Positions 19,015 to 29,476 of a stretch of DNA of 64,000 nt are shown here, in pieces. Within the stretch, counting starts at the first letter, position 1. Each line of letters begins with the position of its first letter. The position numbers and the translations under genes are program-made. Below the pieces are notes generated by a model. That model saw only the letters and a program-made list of their open reading frames with translations, was not told the DNA's origin and did not search any database. This DNA comes from Verrucomicrobiaceae bacterium (GTDB taxonomy: Bacteria > Verrucomicrobiota > Verrucomicrobiia > Verrucomicrobiales > Akkermansiaceae), in the NCBI GenBank assembly GCA_051252135.1, contig JBPOGH010000008.1, positions 64,001 to 128,000 of the forward strand, read 5' to 3'.

Positions 19015-19359
19015 TTAAAGAGGAGGAAGAGGATTGGGAGCAAGGTTGCCAATGCCGTTTTGCGCCTCCCAGATCGCACACAGCCCGTCTTCCAGGAACT
19101 GACGCGTGTAAGCCACATCACCCGTGGCAAAAACCACCGAAAACGCCGCATTGGCCAGAAAAGGAACATGCTGCTGGGCATATCCAAAAAGTGTCGAAAG
19201 GCTTTGGCCCATGAAGGGACAATCCTGACTCGTCACCGGCCCATCGTTCGCATTGAACGGATTCGGAATCGCCAGAGAGTTTCCGAGAGTACCGGGGCGA
19301 CTGTTGCCGAACGCGGACGTGCCAAGAATCAAAGAAGTCAGGAGAACGAGAGCCTTCAT
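19015..19359 (-). CDS. Small secreted hypothetical protein (2 Cys)
   Basis: MKALVLLTSLILGTSAFG signal; stop 11 nt upstream of the PEP-CTERM gene start. Confidence 0.7.
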   Translation of the reverse strand: MKALVLLTSLILGTSAFGNSRPGTLGNSLAIPNPFNANDGPVTSQDCPFMGQSLSTLFGYAQQHVPFLANAAFSVVFATGDVAYTRQFLEDGLCAIWEAQNGIGNLAPNPLPPL

Positions 19360-19385
19360 GGGGGGATGTGGGGGATTTCAGGGGG

Positions 19386-19467
19386 AAACTCGTCAAGGTT
19401 TGACGAATTTGATAATTAGCTCATAACGAATATAAGGATAAATGTCAACATTTTGACCTATTCCTTT
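19386..19467. promoter_or_regulatory. AT-rich promoter region with two GTCAA/TTGAC inverted repeats
   Basis: aaactcgtcaa-ggt-ttgacgaattt and atgtcaa-catt-ttgaccta. Confidence 0.45.
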
Positions 19468-19553
19468 AAATCTTTTTGTCATGAACGGGTTGCATCCCCT
19501 TGGGCTTCGCCGCCCCAATCATCAACTCCCTGAACTGCTCCCGGGAATCTTGG

Positions 19554-21449
19554 TCATTCGCTCTCCTCCTCCTTCTCGAGATCGATCAAAACCATTTCGA
19601 GATCCGGATTCCACCGGTAACACACCAGATTTAACAATCGGCAGGCCTCACGAATCTCCTCAAGACGCTCCTCCTCAATGTGATTGATCGTCACCACCAC
19701 CCCGTGAAGATTCCAATCCTCCACCAAATCCGGGAGCGCCGAAAGATCACCCCGTATCTTGAACCCATCGAGATACTTCCCGTAAAGCTCCGGATGATCA
19801 TCCAAAAACCCAATAATCCGATACTTGGAAAAGTGCGACTCCGCCGTGATCTTGACGTGATTCAGAAAAAGCTCCCCGATCGAACCCGATCCGTAAACCA
19901 CCACCCGCTTCCGCTGCTCCGATGACTTCCCCGCCCGACGATGCAGCGAATCAACCACCATCTCACGCATCACCGGAAACGCGCCCCTCGGCACACAAAT
20001 CAACAGCCCGCCCAAAAACGAAGCCGTCAACTGAATCCGGATCGTCCCCATCAGATCACTGCTCAAAATCACATTGATCGTTCCCGCAATAAACATCCCC
20101 AGGCCAAACCAACTCAACACCCCAAGAAAATCACGCACGCTCGCCCGACTCCACCTCCGCAGATACCCCTTCCCCGCCGTCAACATCAGAAGACCACACG
20201 CCATCGTCACCGCCGTCGTCTCCAGATCCCGTCCCCACTCGGAGGACTCGATAATCCCGTTGTGCTCCAAAAGAAAAGCCGCCACCACCGAAACACCCAA
20301 AGCCACCCCGTCATACACCGTCAACCCCGCCCGGAACAACTTGTTCCCCGCCGGGCGCTTGATCACCACCTTGAGAACCTCCCCCGAGATCCCCAACTCC
20401 ACCGGGGCAAGATAACGGAACCCCACCAACCCGATCGCCACCAACGCCGCAAAGGTCAACCCCACCGCCCGCTCGTCAAAAAGCGAGGGCACAATCGCCA
20501 CCACCGACCCCAACACCGCCAGACCGTATAGGATCGAGGTCGCCTTCCGTTGGTTCAACCCATATGCCAAAAGCCGATGATGCAAGTGATGCTGGTCCGC
20601 CCCAAACACCTTCCCTCCCGGACCCGATCCCAACCTCCCCAGCCACGACCGAAAACTCCGCCGCCACACCGCCAGCAAAACATCCAGTAACGGCACCCCC
20701 GCCACCACAATCGGCAGCAACAAACTCAACAAAGTCAGCCGCTCCCCCACCGACGTCGTCGCCGCCGATGCCACAAAAAACCCAATCAACATCGATCCCG
20801 CATCCCCCAGAAAAATCCGCGCCGGATGGAAATTATAACGCAGAAACCCAAGCAGCGCCCCCAGCATGATCAAAATGATGATCCCGTCACCGGACCGGTG
20901 ATAGTAGAACGCCATGAAGGTCAGACTCAGCAAGGCAATCGATGCCAGCCCCGCACAAAGACCATCCATCCCGTCGATCAAATTGAAGGCATTGATCAGA
21001 AACACCATCCACACCACCCACAGGCCCAGATGAACATACCACGGGATCTCAAATCCCAGGAAGAGACCGCCTTCCACCCCCCGCGTGAAAAAGAGCACCA
21101 CCGCCGCCGCCACATGGCAAATCAACTTGAGCCACGCACTCAGCCCCCATCGGTCATCAATAACCCCAACCGCGACCAGAAATCCCGAAGTCAGCGCAAA
21201 CCCCAAATACCACGTCCAATCCATCTCCCCCGGCCCATCCCGATCATACAGAAAGACCCCCGCGACAGAAATAAAGGTGACCCAAATCGCAATCCCCCCC
21301 GCCCGCGGAATCGGCGTATCATGAATCCGACGTTTTCCCGGATGATCGATGAGCCCCAGCTTCGGCGCCACCACAATCATCAACCGGGTAAGCGCCAGCG
21401 AGAGCATAAAACTGCCCGCCAGGATCACTATCGCTATCAATATCATCAT
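19554..21449 (-). CDS. WecA/TagO-like (MraY family) initiating phosphoglycosyltransferase fused to extra TMs and a Rossmann-like CoA-binding-type domain
   Basis: RRIHDTPIPRAGG, IDDRW, NAFNLIDGMDGL, FLGDAGS, HLHHRLL; C-terminal VVVYGSGSIG..IGFLDD. Confidence 0.88.
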   Translation of the reverse strand: MMILIAIVILAGSFMLSLALTRLMIVVAPKLGLIDHPGKRRIHDTPIPRAGGIAIWVTFISVAGVFLYDRDGPGEMDWTWYLGFALTSGFLVAVGVIDDRWGLSAWLKLICHVAAAVVLFFTRGVEGGLFLGFEIPWYVHLGLWVVWMVFLINAFNLIDGMDGLCAGLASIALLSLTFMAFYYHRSGDGIIILIMLGALLGFLRYNFHPARIFLGDAGSMLIGFFVASAATTSVGERLTLLSLLLPIVVAGVPLLDVLLAVWRRSFRSWLGRLGSGPGGKVFGADQHHLHHRLLAYGLNQRKATSILYGLAVLGSVVAIVPSLFDERAVGLTFAALVAIGLVGFRYLAPVELGISGEVLKVVIKRPAGNKLFRAGLTVYDGVALGVSVVAAFLLEHNGIIESSEWGRDLETTAVTMACGLLMLTAGKGYLRRWSRASVRDFLGVLSWFGLGMFIAGTINVILSSDLMGTIRIQLTASFLGGLLICVPRGAFPVMREMVVDSLHRRAGKSSEQRKRVVVYGSGSIGELFLNHVKITAESHFSKYRIIGFLDDHPELYGKYLDGFKIRGDLSALPDLVEDWNLHGVVVTINHIEEERLEEIREACRLLNLVCYRWNPDLEMVLIDLEKEEESE

Positions 21450-22630
21450 TTTGTCAAAAACTCCGCCGTTTCCCTCGAATTCCTCTGCCGGTCAAAACGC
21501 TCTGCCGCAAACCGCCGCGCACACCCGCCCATCTCCTCCCTCTTCACCACATCTCCCCCTTCTCCAATCGCCGCCATCATCCCCTCATGATCATCCGGCT
21601 CCACCACCCATCCCCCCCCGCTCTCGAAAATCCACTGCCCGATGGTCGACGCCCGGGACCCCACAAAAATTACCGGCCGCCCCATCGCAAAAATCCCCTG
21701 CAGCTTCGAGGGCACCATCGTCCCGTCCCAACCCGGCTCCATCGATACCAAATGCACATCCGCACTCGCAAGATGCACCGCCAATGACTCGCGAGGCACA
21801 TACTCCAGCACTTCCAGCGCCACTCCCGGATGAGCTTCCGCAAATTCCTCCACCTCCCTCTTTCGCTTCCCCCCTCCCGAAAACACAAAGCGCACACCCT
21901 GCGGCCTCTCTCCCGCCGCCTTCAAAAATTCCCCGAACCGATGACCCAAGCCCATGTTTCCCGAATACATCAGCACCACCTCCACCTCCGGCCACCCCTG
22001 CCCCTCACGCCATTCCCTGATCTCTTCCCTCCCCACCCCATCACACACCGTCGCCCACAGCGGAACATGCCCGTTACGCCCCTCATGATACCTGCTGATG
22101 CGCGCCTCCATATCCGGCCCCAGTGACAGCACCCCCGCACTCCGCCCCCCTCCAAAACCCCACCCGGCCAACCCGGCCAACCCCCGGAAAATCAACCCCT
22201 CCCTCCTCAACATCCCGTGCGATGCCATCACATCGGGATACAAATCCATCACCCAATGGGCATAATCACCACCACGAAATCTTGAGACCGCTCGCGCCAG
22301 CACCGACAGAAATGGCGGAGTCGTTAACGCCACAATCCGATCAGGCGACCTCACCTTGAAGGCGAGATAAAACGCCAACTTCACATAGAAAAAAAAGTAA
22401 TCAGCCGCCTTCCCGACAAACGAATTCCTCCCAAACCGCGACGATCTCAACCTCACCACCTTATAATCCTTCTCAACCTCCTCCTCCCTCGTCCCGGCAT
22501 ACCCTCCCCGGGAACACACCACCGTCACCTCATGCCCCATCGCCACCGCCTGATCGGCAACCTCCTCCAGCATCAAGCCGGTGGGCGCCTCATCCGGAGG
22601 AAAATACTGATTGAGAAAAACCAGATGCAT
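21446..22630 (-). CDS. Glycosyltransferase family 4 (WcaI-like)
   Basis: LNQYFPPD, WVMDLYPD, MYSGNMG, VPSKL. Confidence 0.9.
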   Translation of the reverse strand: MHLVFLNQYFPPDEAPTGLMLEEVADQAVAMGHEVTVVCSRGGYAGTREEEVEKDYKVVRLRSSRFGRNSFVGKAADYFFFYVKLAFYLAFKVRSPDRIVALTTPPFLSVLARAVSRFRGGDYAHWVMDLYPDVMASHGMLRREGLIFRGLAGLAGWGFGGGRSAGVLSLGPDMEARISRYHEGRNGHVPLWATVCDGVGREEIREWREGQGWPEVEVVLMYSGNMGLGHRFGEFLKAAGERPQGVRFVFSGGGKRKREVEEFAEAHPGVALEVLEYVPRESLAVHLASADVHLVSMEPGWDGTMVPSKLQGIFAMGRPVIFVGSRASTIGQWIFESGGGWVVEPDDHEGMMAAIGEGGDVVKREEMGGCARRFAAERFDRQRNSRETAEFLTK

Positions 22631-23169
22631 CAGAGATCACGTCGCTTCTCCGCAGGATTCCCCGTCGCCAGAATATGCGCAGGCTGATCCTTCAACACCA
22701 CCGCCCCCGCACCCAGCGTCGTCCCCTCACCCACCCTCACCCCCGGTCCCACAAAGGCCTGGGCACCCACCCACACCGATTCCTCAAGTACGATGGGCTT
22801 GGTAATCAAATCAAAACTCTTCTTCCCGTGATCGTGCGACCCCGTGCAAAGAAACGCCCGCTGCGACACGCAGCAATGCGAACCAATCCTCACCTCTGCC
22901 AGGGAAAGAATCAACACATCCTCTCCCAACCACACATGATCCCCGATCTTCAGCCGCCATGGAAAGCTGATCGAGCACCCCGGTCGAATCACCACCCCCG
23001 TCCCCACTTCCGCCCCAAAGAGCCGCAGCAATGCCACTTTCCAGGCCGAAGGAAAGGGCACCGGCATCAAAAATATTAACGCTCTCACCAGCCACCAAAG
23101 TGCCTCCTTCCATCGCGGAGCACCCCGATCAAAACCCTCCGCATTGTATGTCGATAAATCGCGTTTCAT
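22630..23169 (-). CDS. wcaF: WcaF-type polysaccharide acetyltransferase
   Basis: LLRLFGA..FPWRLKIGDHVWLGE..SQRAFLCTGSHD hexapeptide repeats. Confidence 0.88.
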   Translation of the reverse strand: MKRDLSTYNAEGFDRGAPRWKEALWWLVRALIFLMPVPFPSAWKVALLRLFGAEVGTGVVIRPGCSISFPWRLKIGDHVWLGEDVLILSLAEVRIGSHCCVSQRAFLCTGSHDHGKKSFDLITKPIVLEESVWVGAQAFVGPGVRVGEGTTLGAGAVVLKDQPAHILATGNPAEKRRDL

Positions 23170-24542
23170 CCTCTCGCATCACGGTTGATATTTCGCAGAA
23201 TCCAGAACAGCCCCAGACCAAAGAAAAACGGATAAAGCACCAGTAAGGTAATATCCCGCCCCATATTGAATGTCAGAATCAACCCGCAGGCATACAGCAA
23301 GAGCCGCGTCGGCTGCTCGTGCGCTTGCAAGTCCTGACGGGTCAGAATGGCCACCCAGAGGGCCATCAGAACCGCCGCTGCCACCGGTCCGAAGAACCGC
23401 CCAAAATTCACCACCCCCTGGCCCACCATCCCTGTCGATATCGTCGCCGTCACCAGATTCGATCCCTTCCTCGACGCCTGCCCGCGCGCAATCGCATAAT
23501 CGATCCCAATCAGCGGCTTCCCCTTCCAAAGCGCCCGCGGAATCGGATTCACCGCTTCCGCAAAATAACGCTCCCCCATATTCACCTTGTAGCGACCGTT
23601 CGAGATATACCGGTTAATCCAACCCAGCTCCTCCAGCATGTTCAACCCCGCATGCTTGGTCTCCTTCTTACCACGATAGCTCTCGCTTCTCACCGCTCCC
23701 GCAATTGACCGCTCCTGCCGGTTCTCCATCACAAAGGCAAACCACTGGGAGATCCCAAGAAAAGCCGCCGCCAAAATAACCCCCTTCACATAAAGCGGAC
23801 TCTTTAAACGAAGGAACACCCAAGCCAGAAGACCCGGAAGAATCGTCGCCAACATCGTGTTCCGCGTGCGGTCAAAAATGAAATAGGGCAGCGCCAAAAC
23901 ACAGACCGCCAACGCAATCCCCCGAACCTTGGAATCACGCGAAAGCGCCAAAATAATCCCCGCCGCCGCCGCCAGAAACGTCTGAAAATACTGCGCCAGA
24001 GACAGCAGCGCATCAAGCCCCCCGCCCAATCTCCCCCGCGCCCAGGGATCCACCTTCTCACCCGAAAGATAAGGCGCAAAAAGAGAGATAAAATTCCACT
24101 CCACCCGCCACACCGCCACCGCCATCAGCCCTCCCCACACCACAAACAATCCCATCGCCGTCTTGCTCAGCTGCGCCTGAAGACCCGGCGCATTCAGCCG
24201 CCCGGTCCGCTGGCAGAGCAACGCAAAACTTGATCGCCTCAAAAGCCCCTTGTTCATCCACCGATGAATCGGCGGAACCAGCATCACAAACGCCACCAAA
24301 AAGAGCAGCACCTGCCACCACGCTGCTCCCAAATGACCCTTCCCGATCAGCCGCTCATACTTCCCGTAATCATTGTAAAGGGCGTCTCCCCAATACCACA
24401 CCGCCACCGTCAGGATCACCATCAACGCCGGAATCCCAAATCCCTCCTCCCGCTTCGAAAAACACCAGCCGCCCAGCACCACCAGCGCTCCACCGCAAAG
24501 ATAGAACGGAAACGGCATTCCTGAATCATCCGGGATCGTCAT
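23166..24542 (-). CDS. Polytopic membrane protein, probable Wzy polymerase
   Basis: About 10 TMs, large loop, NPIPRALW..KP; embedded among GT genes. Confidence 0.65.
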   Translation of the reverse strand: MTIPDDSGMPFPFYLCGGALVVLGGWCFSKREEGFGIPALMVILTVAVWYWGDALYNDYGKYERLIGKGHLGAAWWQVLLFLVAFVMLVPPIHRWMNKGLLRRSSFALLCQRTGRLNAPGLQAQLSKTAMGLFVVWGGLMAVAVWRVEWNFISLFAPYLSGEKVDPWARGRLGGGLDALLSLAQYFQTFLAAAAGIILALSRDSKVRGIALAVCVLALPYFIFDRTRNTMLATILPGLLAWVFLRLKSPLYVKGVILAAAFLGISQWFAFVMENRQERSIAGAVRSESYRGKKETKHAGLNMLEELGWINRYISNGRYKVNMGERYFAEAVNPIPRALWKGKPLIGIDYAIARGQASRKGSNLVTATISTGMVGQGVVNFGRFFGPVAAAVLMALWVAILTRQDLQAHEQPTRLLLYACGLILTFNMGRDITLLVLYPFFFGLGLFWILRNINRDARG

Positions 24543-25621
24543 CGCACACACTCCGGTTTCTCCCCCTCACCCAACACCCATTGGTAAACCTCCGCCATCT
24601 GCTCCCCGATGCGCTCCCACGTAAAATCCCGCTCAACCAACGCCCTCCCCTGCCTGCCCATCTCCCCCAAATCCCCCGTCAGACCGTCTTCCAACCCTTC
24701 CAGCCTTCCATCCACCTGCGCCAACCGCACCGCCGCCCCCGCCTCAAACCCCTCCGGCAAATGACACTCATCCGTCATCAACACCGGAAGCCCCCACGAC
24801 CACGCCTCCAGCACCGCCACCGGAAGCCCCTCGGAAAAACTCGGCAAAACAAAGGCATCCGCCTCCTGAAAAAGCCGCTCCTTCTCCGCCCCATAAACCG
24901 CCCCCGCAAAACTCACCTCGCCCAAATCATGGGCCTCACTCCGCAAATCAATCCCATGCCCCCCCTCATCCCATCCCGCAATCACCAAACGCCAACCCTC
25001 CGGCCGGACCTCGCGCCACGCCCGCAACAACTCCATCAACCCCTTCTTCGGATGCAGTCTCCCAAGAAAAAGCAGCGTCCGCTCACCCCGGCCCTCCCGG
25101 TCAGGAACCCCCTCCGGCAACACCACCCCGTTCGGAATCACCGCCACCGGCTGACTCAAACCGTAATCCCGGATCGATCCCGCCTCCGCCTCACACAACG
25201 CATGCAAACAACACGATCCGCTCAAATGTGACCGCTCAAAGAGAAAGGAAGCAACCCGCTTCTTCCACCGCGAGTTCGCCAGCGCCCACGAATCAAGCAT
25301 CCCGTGCGGGCTCACCATCCAGGGCACCCCCTGCTTCTTCGCCACCAGCGGAACCGCTATCGAGGGCGCAGACCACAACCCGTGGGAATGATACAACCGG
25401 GGCGACTCCGAACCCAGCGCCTTGATCAGCGCTTTGGATTGGGGAAGCGGAAAGGTGTAGTCGATCACATGCTCACACCCTGTCACCCCATCAAGTGCTT
25501 CACCGCCATCCTTCAGACTGTGAAGCCGGCTCTCCACCCCCAACGCCGCCACCAGATCCCGCACCGCATACGCGATCCCTCCCCCCTTCTGGGTCATCGA
25601 TGCCGTAACATGCGTAATCAT
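24539..25621 (-). CDS. Glycosyltransferase family 4
   Basis: HGLW, SPHGML, FLGRLHPKKG, SEGLPVAVLEAW. Confidence 0.92.
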   Translation of the reverse strand: MITHVTASMTQKGGGIAYAVRDLVAALGVESRLHSLKDGGEALDGVTGCEHVIDYTFPLPQSKALIKALGSESPRLYHSHGLWSAPSIAVPLVAKKQGVPWMVSPHGMLDSWALANSRWKKRVASFLFERSHLSGSCCLHALCEAEAGSIRDYGLSQPVAVIPNGVVLPEGVPDREGRGERTLLFLGRLHPKKGLMELLRAWREVRPEGWRLVIAGWDEGGHGIDLRSEAHDLGEVSFAGAVYGAEKERLFQEADAFVLPSFSEGLPVAVLEAWSWGLPVLMTDECHLPEGFEAGAAVRLAQVDGRLEGLEDGLTGDLGEMGRQGRALVERDFTWERIGEQMAEVYQWVLGEGEKPECVR

Positions 25622-26739
25622 GACAACAGGCCCTCCGCCAAAGACTCCAATCCAAACTCACAACGTGCTCCCGATCCCGGAAGCGCCGGACTCCCGGCAA
25701 TTCTCCGCAACGCATCCGCAATCGTCCGCGGCTCCAAATCATCCAACACCCACCCGTTCTCACCCTCCCTCACCACCCGTCCGCACCGATCCGATACCAA
25801 AAGGGGAAGCCCGCGCGCCTCAGCCTCTAACTGCGTGATCGCAAAGCCATCGGACAAAGTCGGCAAAATAAAGACATCCGCCTCCCCATACACCGCGTCC
25901 ACCTCCGTGCGCGGAACCGGACCCAACCACCTCACCGCCGGCAGATCGGCCCACGCCGCCTCATCCAACTCGCTGGGACCGGCCAAAATCAATTCAATCG
26001 GCTCCCCCCGAAGAAGCTTCATCGCCTCCAACAACCGCCCCATTCCCTTCCGCAAGTTGATTTGCCCCAAAAAAAGAACCTTCATCTTCGCTCCTCTCGG
26101 TTTTGGACCCTCACATGCGCCCCCGCTAAACGCCAACGGCTGAACCACCACCTTCTCCCCCGCCACTCCCTCCTTCTCCAGACAAGTACGAGACCACTCC
26201 GAATTCACCAAAACGGTATCCGAAAGACTCACCTCCTCGTTCCACTCCTCCCAATACCTTTCCGGAGCCGGCGACCAACTCGAGCCCAGCCCCGGATACC
26301 GCTCATGCTCCCTCCCCACAATTCGCTCCTCCTCCGGGCCCGGATCAATCTGCCCCAGCACCGTGCGCCATCCCCGCGAACGCCCGTAGCGAAACAGCTC
26401 CCTTGCCGCATAGCTATACGAGAAAAGAGTCACCTCCCCCTCAATCTTCCGAAGCTCCTTGAGCGCCTGCCGCTGAAACAACTCATTGCGCCTCATCACT
26501 CCCTCCCAACCCTTCGGACGCAGCGCTTCAAAAGCCAGCATCCGCAAGTTTGAAGCGCTCACTTTTTCCTCCCCAAGCCCCTCGTGCCATCGCCCGCCCA
26601 ACCGCTTGACTCCGGAAAGAAGACTTCCCGGCCTTACCCAAAAATCCGTGATCAACGCCCTCAGCTCTCCCCGTCCCGCAAGCGCCCGCGGGATGGCGTA
26701 GTGCTCTCGCGCACCAATCTGACAAACCACCCAGGACAT
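25618..26739 (-). CDS. Glycosyltransferase family 4
   Basis: GAREHY, FLGQINLRKG, PTLSDGFAITQLEA. Confidence 0.9.
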   Translation of the reverse strand: MSWVVCQIGAREHYAIPRALAGRGELRALITDFWVRPGSLLSGVKRLGGRWHEGLGEEKVSASNLRMLAFEALRPKGWEGVMRRNELFQRQALKELRKIEGEVTLFSYSYAARELFRYGRSRGWRTVLGQIDPGPEEERIVGREHERYPGLGSSWSPAPERYWEEWNEEVSLSDTVLVNSEWSRTCLEKEGVAGEKVVVQPLAFSGGACEGPKPRGAKMKVLFLGQINLRKGMGRLLEAMKLLRGEPIELILAGPSELDEAAWADLPAVRWLGPVPRTEVDAVYGEADVFILPTLSDGFAITQLEAEARGLPLLVSDRCGRVVREGENGWVLDDLEPRTIADALRRIAGSPALPGSGARCEFGLESLAEGLLS

Positions 26740-26742
26740 CTC

Positions 26743-27855
26743 TTATTTCAACCCCAACGCTCCCGCCATCCCCAACCCAAAGTACGAAAGCAACGCCCGC
26801 TCCTTGAGAATCCGGATCGACTCCAGCCCCATCTTGCGAAGATCCTCCGCATCGGCCCGATCCAGATAACCCAGATAAATCCGCATCTCGGTCGCATTGT
26901 CCGCATTGAACACCCAACCATTCACCCCGTGCTCAACCAACTCTTCCGCCGCCCCCACATTCTGACTCGATAAAATCGGCAACCCCACCGCCATCGCCTC
27001 GTTGATCACCAGCCCCCAGGGCTCCTGCAAGGCCGGATGAATAAAGGCACTCGCCGTCGCATAGAACTTCGGCAACTCCTCCATTTGACGAAATCCGGGA
27101 AAATAAATCGTCGGCTTCCCCTCATCATCCTCCCAAGGGGCACACTCCTTGAACTGTTCCGCTAGCTCCCTCAGCTGCGCTTTCAACTCGCCATCCCCCA
27201 GCAAACAAAGGGACCACCTCTTCGACAAATCCGACACCTTGAAGGCCGCAATCAAAGCCCCCAGATTCTTCCGCTCCACAAACCGGTTCGATGCCAAAAG
27301 TACCGGGGGGCGGCTCTTCTCTTCCACCCGGAAAAAGGCCGCATTATCCACCACGTTATAACCGGGATACACTTCCTTAAGACCCAGCTTATCCAGATAC
27401 TTCGCGTGGGATCGGGCCCCCACCAACGCCGCATCAAACTGCCCCACAATCCGCTTCTTGAGCAATTCCTTCCACCACACCCTCACCCCGTCCGCCTCGC
27501 GGGTCTCGCTCATCAAAATCGCCCTCGCGCCCGCCTTCCGGCACCACTTCAGGCACGCCCGCGCATCAGGACTCGCATATCCTGCGATCGCCACCGCATC
27601 CGGCTTAAGCTCCTCAAGCGCTTGCGTCACTTTCCGCGAGATCATCCACCCAAATCGGCTCTGATAACTTCCCTCCTCAAAAACCCGCACCACCCCGGCC
27701 CCTTCACCCACCTCCCAGCCATAAACTTCATCATCCCCTGCCACCTCCAGCCCGATCACTTCCCAGCCCCGCGGCTCCAGTGCCTCCCGCGCTGACTGCA
27801 GCCGCGCATGATGATACGGTCCGTATCGTTCAAAATGGATCACCAATCGGGGCAT
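26743..27855 (-). CDS. Glycosyltransferase family 4
   Basis: GPYHHAR, RFVERKN, EPWGLVINEAMA. Confidence 0.92.
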   Translation of the reverse strand: MPRLVIHFERYGPYHHARLQSAREALEPRGWEVIGLEVAGDDEVYGWEVGEGAGVVRVFEEGSYQSRFGWMISRKVTQALEELKPDAVAIAGYASPDARACLKWCRKAGARAILMSETREADGVRVWWKELLKKRIVGQFDAALVGARSHAKYLDKLGLKEVYPGYNVVDNAAFFRVEEKSRPPVLLASNRFVERKNLGALIAAFKVSDLSKRWSLCLLGDGELKAQLRELAEQFKECAPWEDDEGKPTIYFPGFRQMEELPKFYATASAFIHPALQEPWGLVINEAMAVGLPILSSQNVGAAEELVEHGVNGWVFNADNATEMRIYLGYLDRADAEDLRKMGLESIRILKERALLSYFGLGMAGALGLK

Positions 27856-28394
27856 CAGCTTAACCAGGGGGAATAGTTGAGTTCATAGTTCAGCTCACGC
27901 GAACGCTCGCCAATCTCACGGGCCGGATTCCCCGCCACAATCGTATAAGGTCGCACATCCTTCGTCACCACCGCGCCCGATGCCACCACCGCCCCTTCAC
28001 CAATCGTAACCCCCGGCAGAACGATCGCCCGATAGCCGATCCAAACCCGGTCCCCGATACGCACCTCGCCCCCGCGGTCCGCAAAATCAGGCGACTGCGG
28101 ATCATGCCCCAGAGTCAGAATCGCCGCCTCCGGTCCGATCGAAACGTCATTCCCCGTATGAATTTCGTACTTCCTCCCATCCAGCAGAGTCCCAAAATTG
28201 ATCACGTTCCGTTCACCCAGAAACACCTTCCGTCCGTTCAGGAAACGACACGATAACTGCACTCCGCTCCCCTCCGCGAAGCGACCCAACCAGCACCGAA
28301 GATAAACCTGCCGCAACCTCCGGCTCGGCACACGCCCCACCACCGCCTGATACAACCAGGCCAGCAGGGAACCCAATGCAACGCGATGATTCAT
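27855..28394 (-). CDS. Hexapeptide-repeat O-acetyltransferase
   Basis: [36 protein letters not shown]. Confidence 0.92.
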   Translation of the reverse strand: MNHRVALGSLLAWLYQAVVGRVPSRRLRQVYLRCWLGRFAEGSGVQLSCRFLNGRKVFLGERNVINFGTLLDGRKYEIHTGNDVSIGPEAAILTLGHDPQSPDFADRGGEVRIGDRVWIGYRAIVLPGVTIGEGAVVASGAVVTKDVRPYTIVAGNPAREIGERSRELNYELNYSPWLS

Positions 28395-29476
28395 TTAAAA
28401 GAAGTCATGATCTTACGGGCACCTTCCTGCCACGAGTTTTCCACACGATACCGTTCCCAGTCTTCCGCGGGTTGAAGTTTCTTCATCGCCATCCCAATCG
28501 CCTCAACCGAATTCGGCTCGCACCAATTCCCCAGTTGATAGCGGGCCATCGCCTCCTTCAACGGGCCGTCACCACCGGAGGCCATCACCGTCTTCCCAAA
28601 CTGCGCCGCCACATTCAGCACCCCGCTCGCCGAGCGAAACGATTCCGCATAAGTCAGCACCACCACATCACAGGCTCCAAAATAATCCGCCGCCTCCTTC
28701 TCCGGAACATGCCCGATCCTCCAGTGACACCGGTCCCCAATTCCAAGGGAATCCGCCAGACTTTGATAATCTCCCGACTGCACCTGCCCCGGAGGCGCCT
28801 CACTCCCCGCCACCAAAAGATGCCCCTCCTCTTCCCCGGCCAACGCCTCAAGCACGAGATTCAGATTCTTGTTATCGCGCAAATGACCAAACGAAAAATA
28901 AACCCTCTCCCCTTCCGGCAATCCCAACTCGGCTCTCGATTTCGTCGCCTCCGGAAATCCAAACGGCCCGTGCGGAATAACCGTGGTGGGAATCGGCAAC
29001 TCAATCTCATGATGCACAAACCCTCGGCTCAAAAACGAATACCCTTCCCTCACCGACCACTCATGCCACTTCTTCGGACCCACCACATAATCACGAACCG
29101 GATCATGCACCACTGCTGAAAAAGTCACTCCCTTCCTCCGCAAGGCCCGGAATCTCCACGCCCATAACGGAGCAAGATACTCACTGTAGGTGGCCAACAA
29201 AACCTGCGGAAACGCCCCCCCTTTCACCGCTCCGTATAGCAGATGCAGATTCCACGCGATCCCCTGCACCACCTGGAGCCGGCTCCGCCACCGCGACCCC
29301 GCCTTCCGATGGGGAAGCAGCTCCCGGCGCTGCACATACCCCTCCGCCTCATGCGGAAAATCCTGGGGACAAAGCACGGTCACTTCCGCACCCTCAGCCG
29401 CCAACACCTTCGCCTGCTCATGCGCGTAGTCCGCAATCCCTCCCACTGATGCCGCGCAATAATAAAGAAGAGTCAT
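28391..29476 (-). CDS. Glycosyltransferase family 4
   Basis: [27 protein letters not shown]. Confidence 0.88.
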   Translation of the reverse strand: MTLLYYCAASVGGIADYAHEQAKVLAAEGAEVTVLCPQDFPHEAEGYVQRRELLPHRKAGSRWRSRLQVVQGIAWNLHLLYGAVKGGAFPQVLLATYSEYLAPLWAWRFRALRRKGVTFSAVVHDPVRDYVVGPKKWHEWSVREGYSFLSRGFVHHEIELPIPTTVIPHGPFGFPEATKSRAELGLPEGERVYFSFGHLRDNKNLNLVLEALAGEEEGHLLVAGSEAPPGQVQSGDYQSLADSLGIGDRCHWRIGHVPEKEAADYFGACDVVVLTYAESFRSASGVLNVAAQFGKTVMASGGDGPLKEAMARYQLGNWCEPNSVEAIGMAMKKLQPAEDWERYRVENSWQEGARKIMTSFK

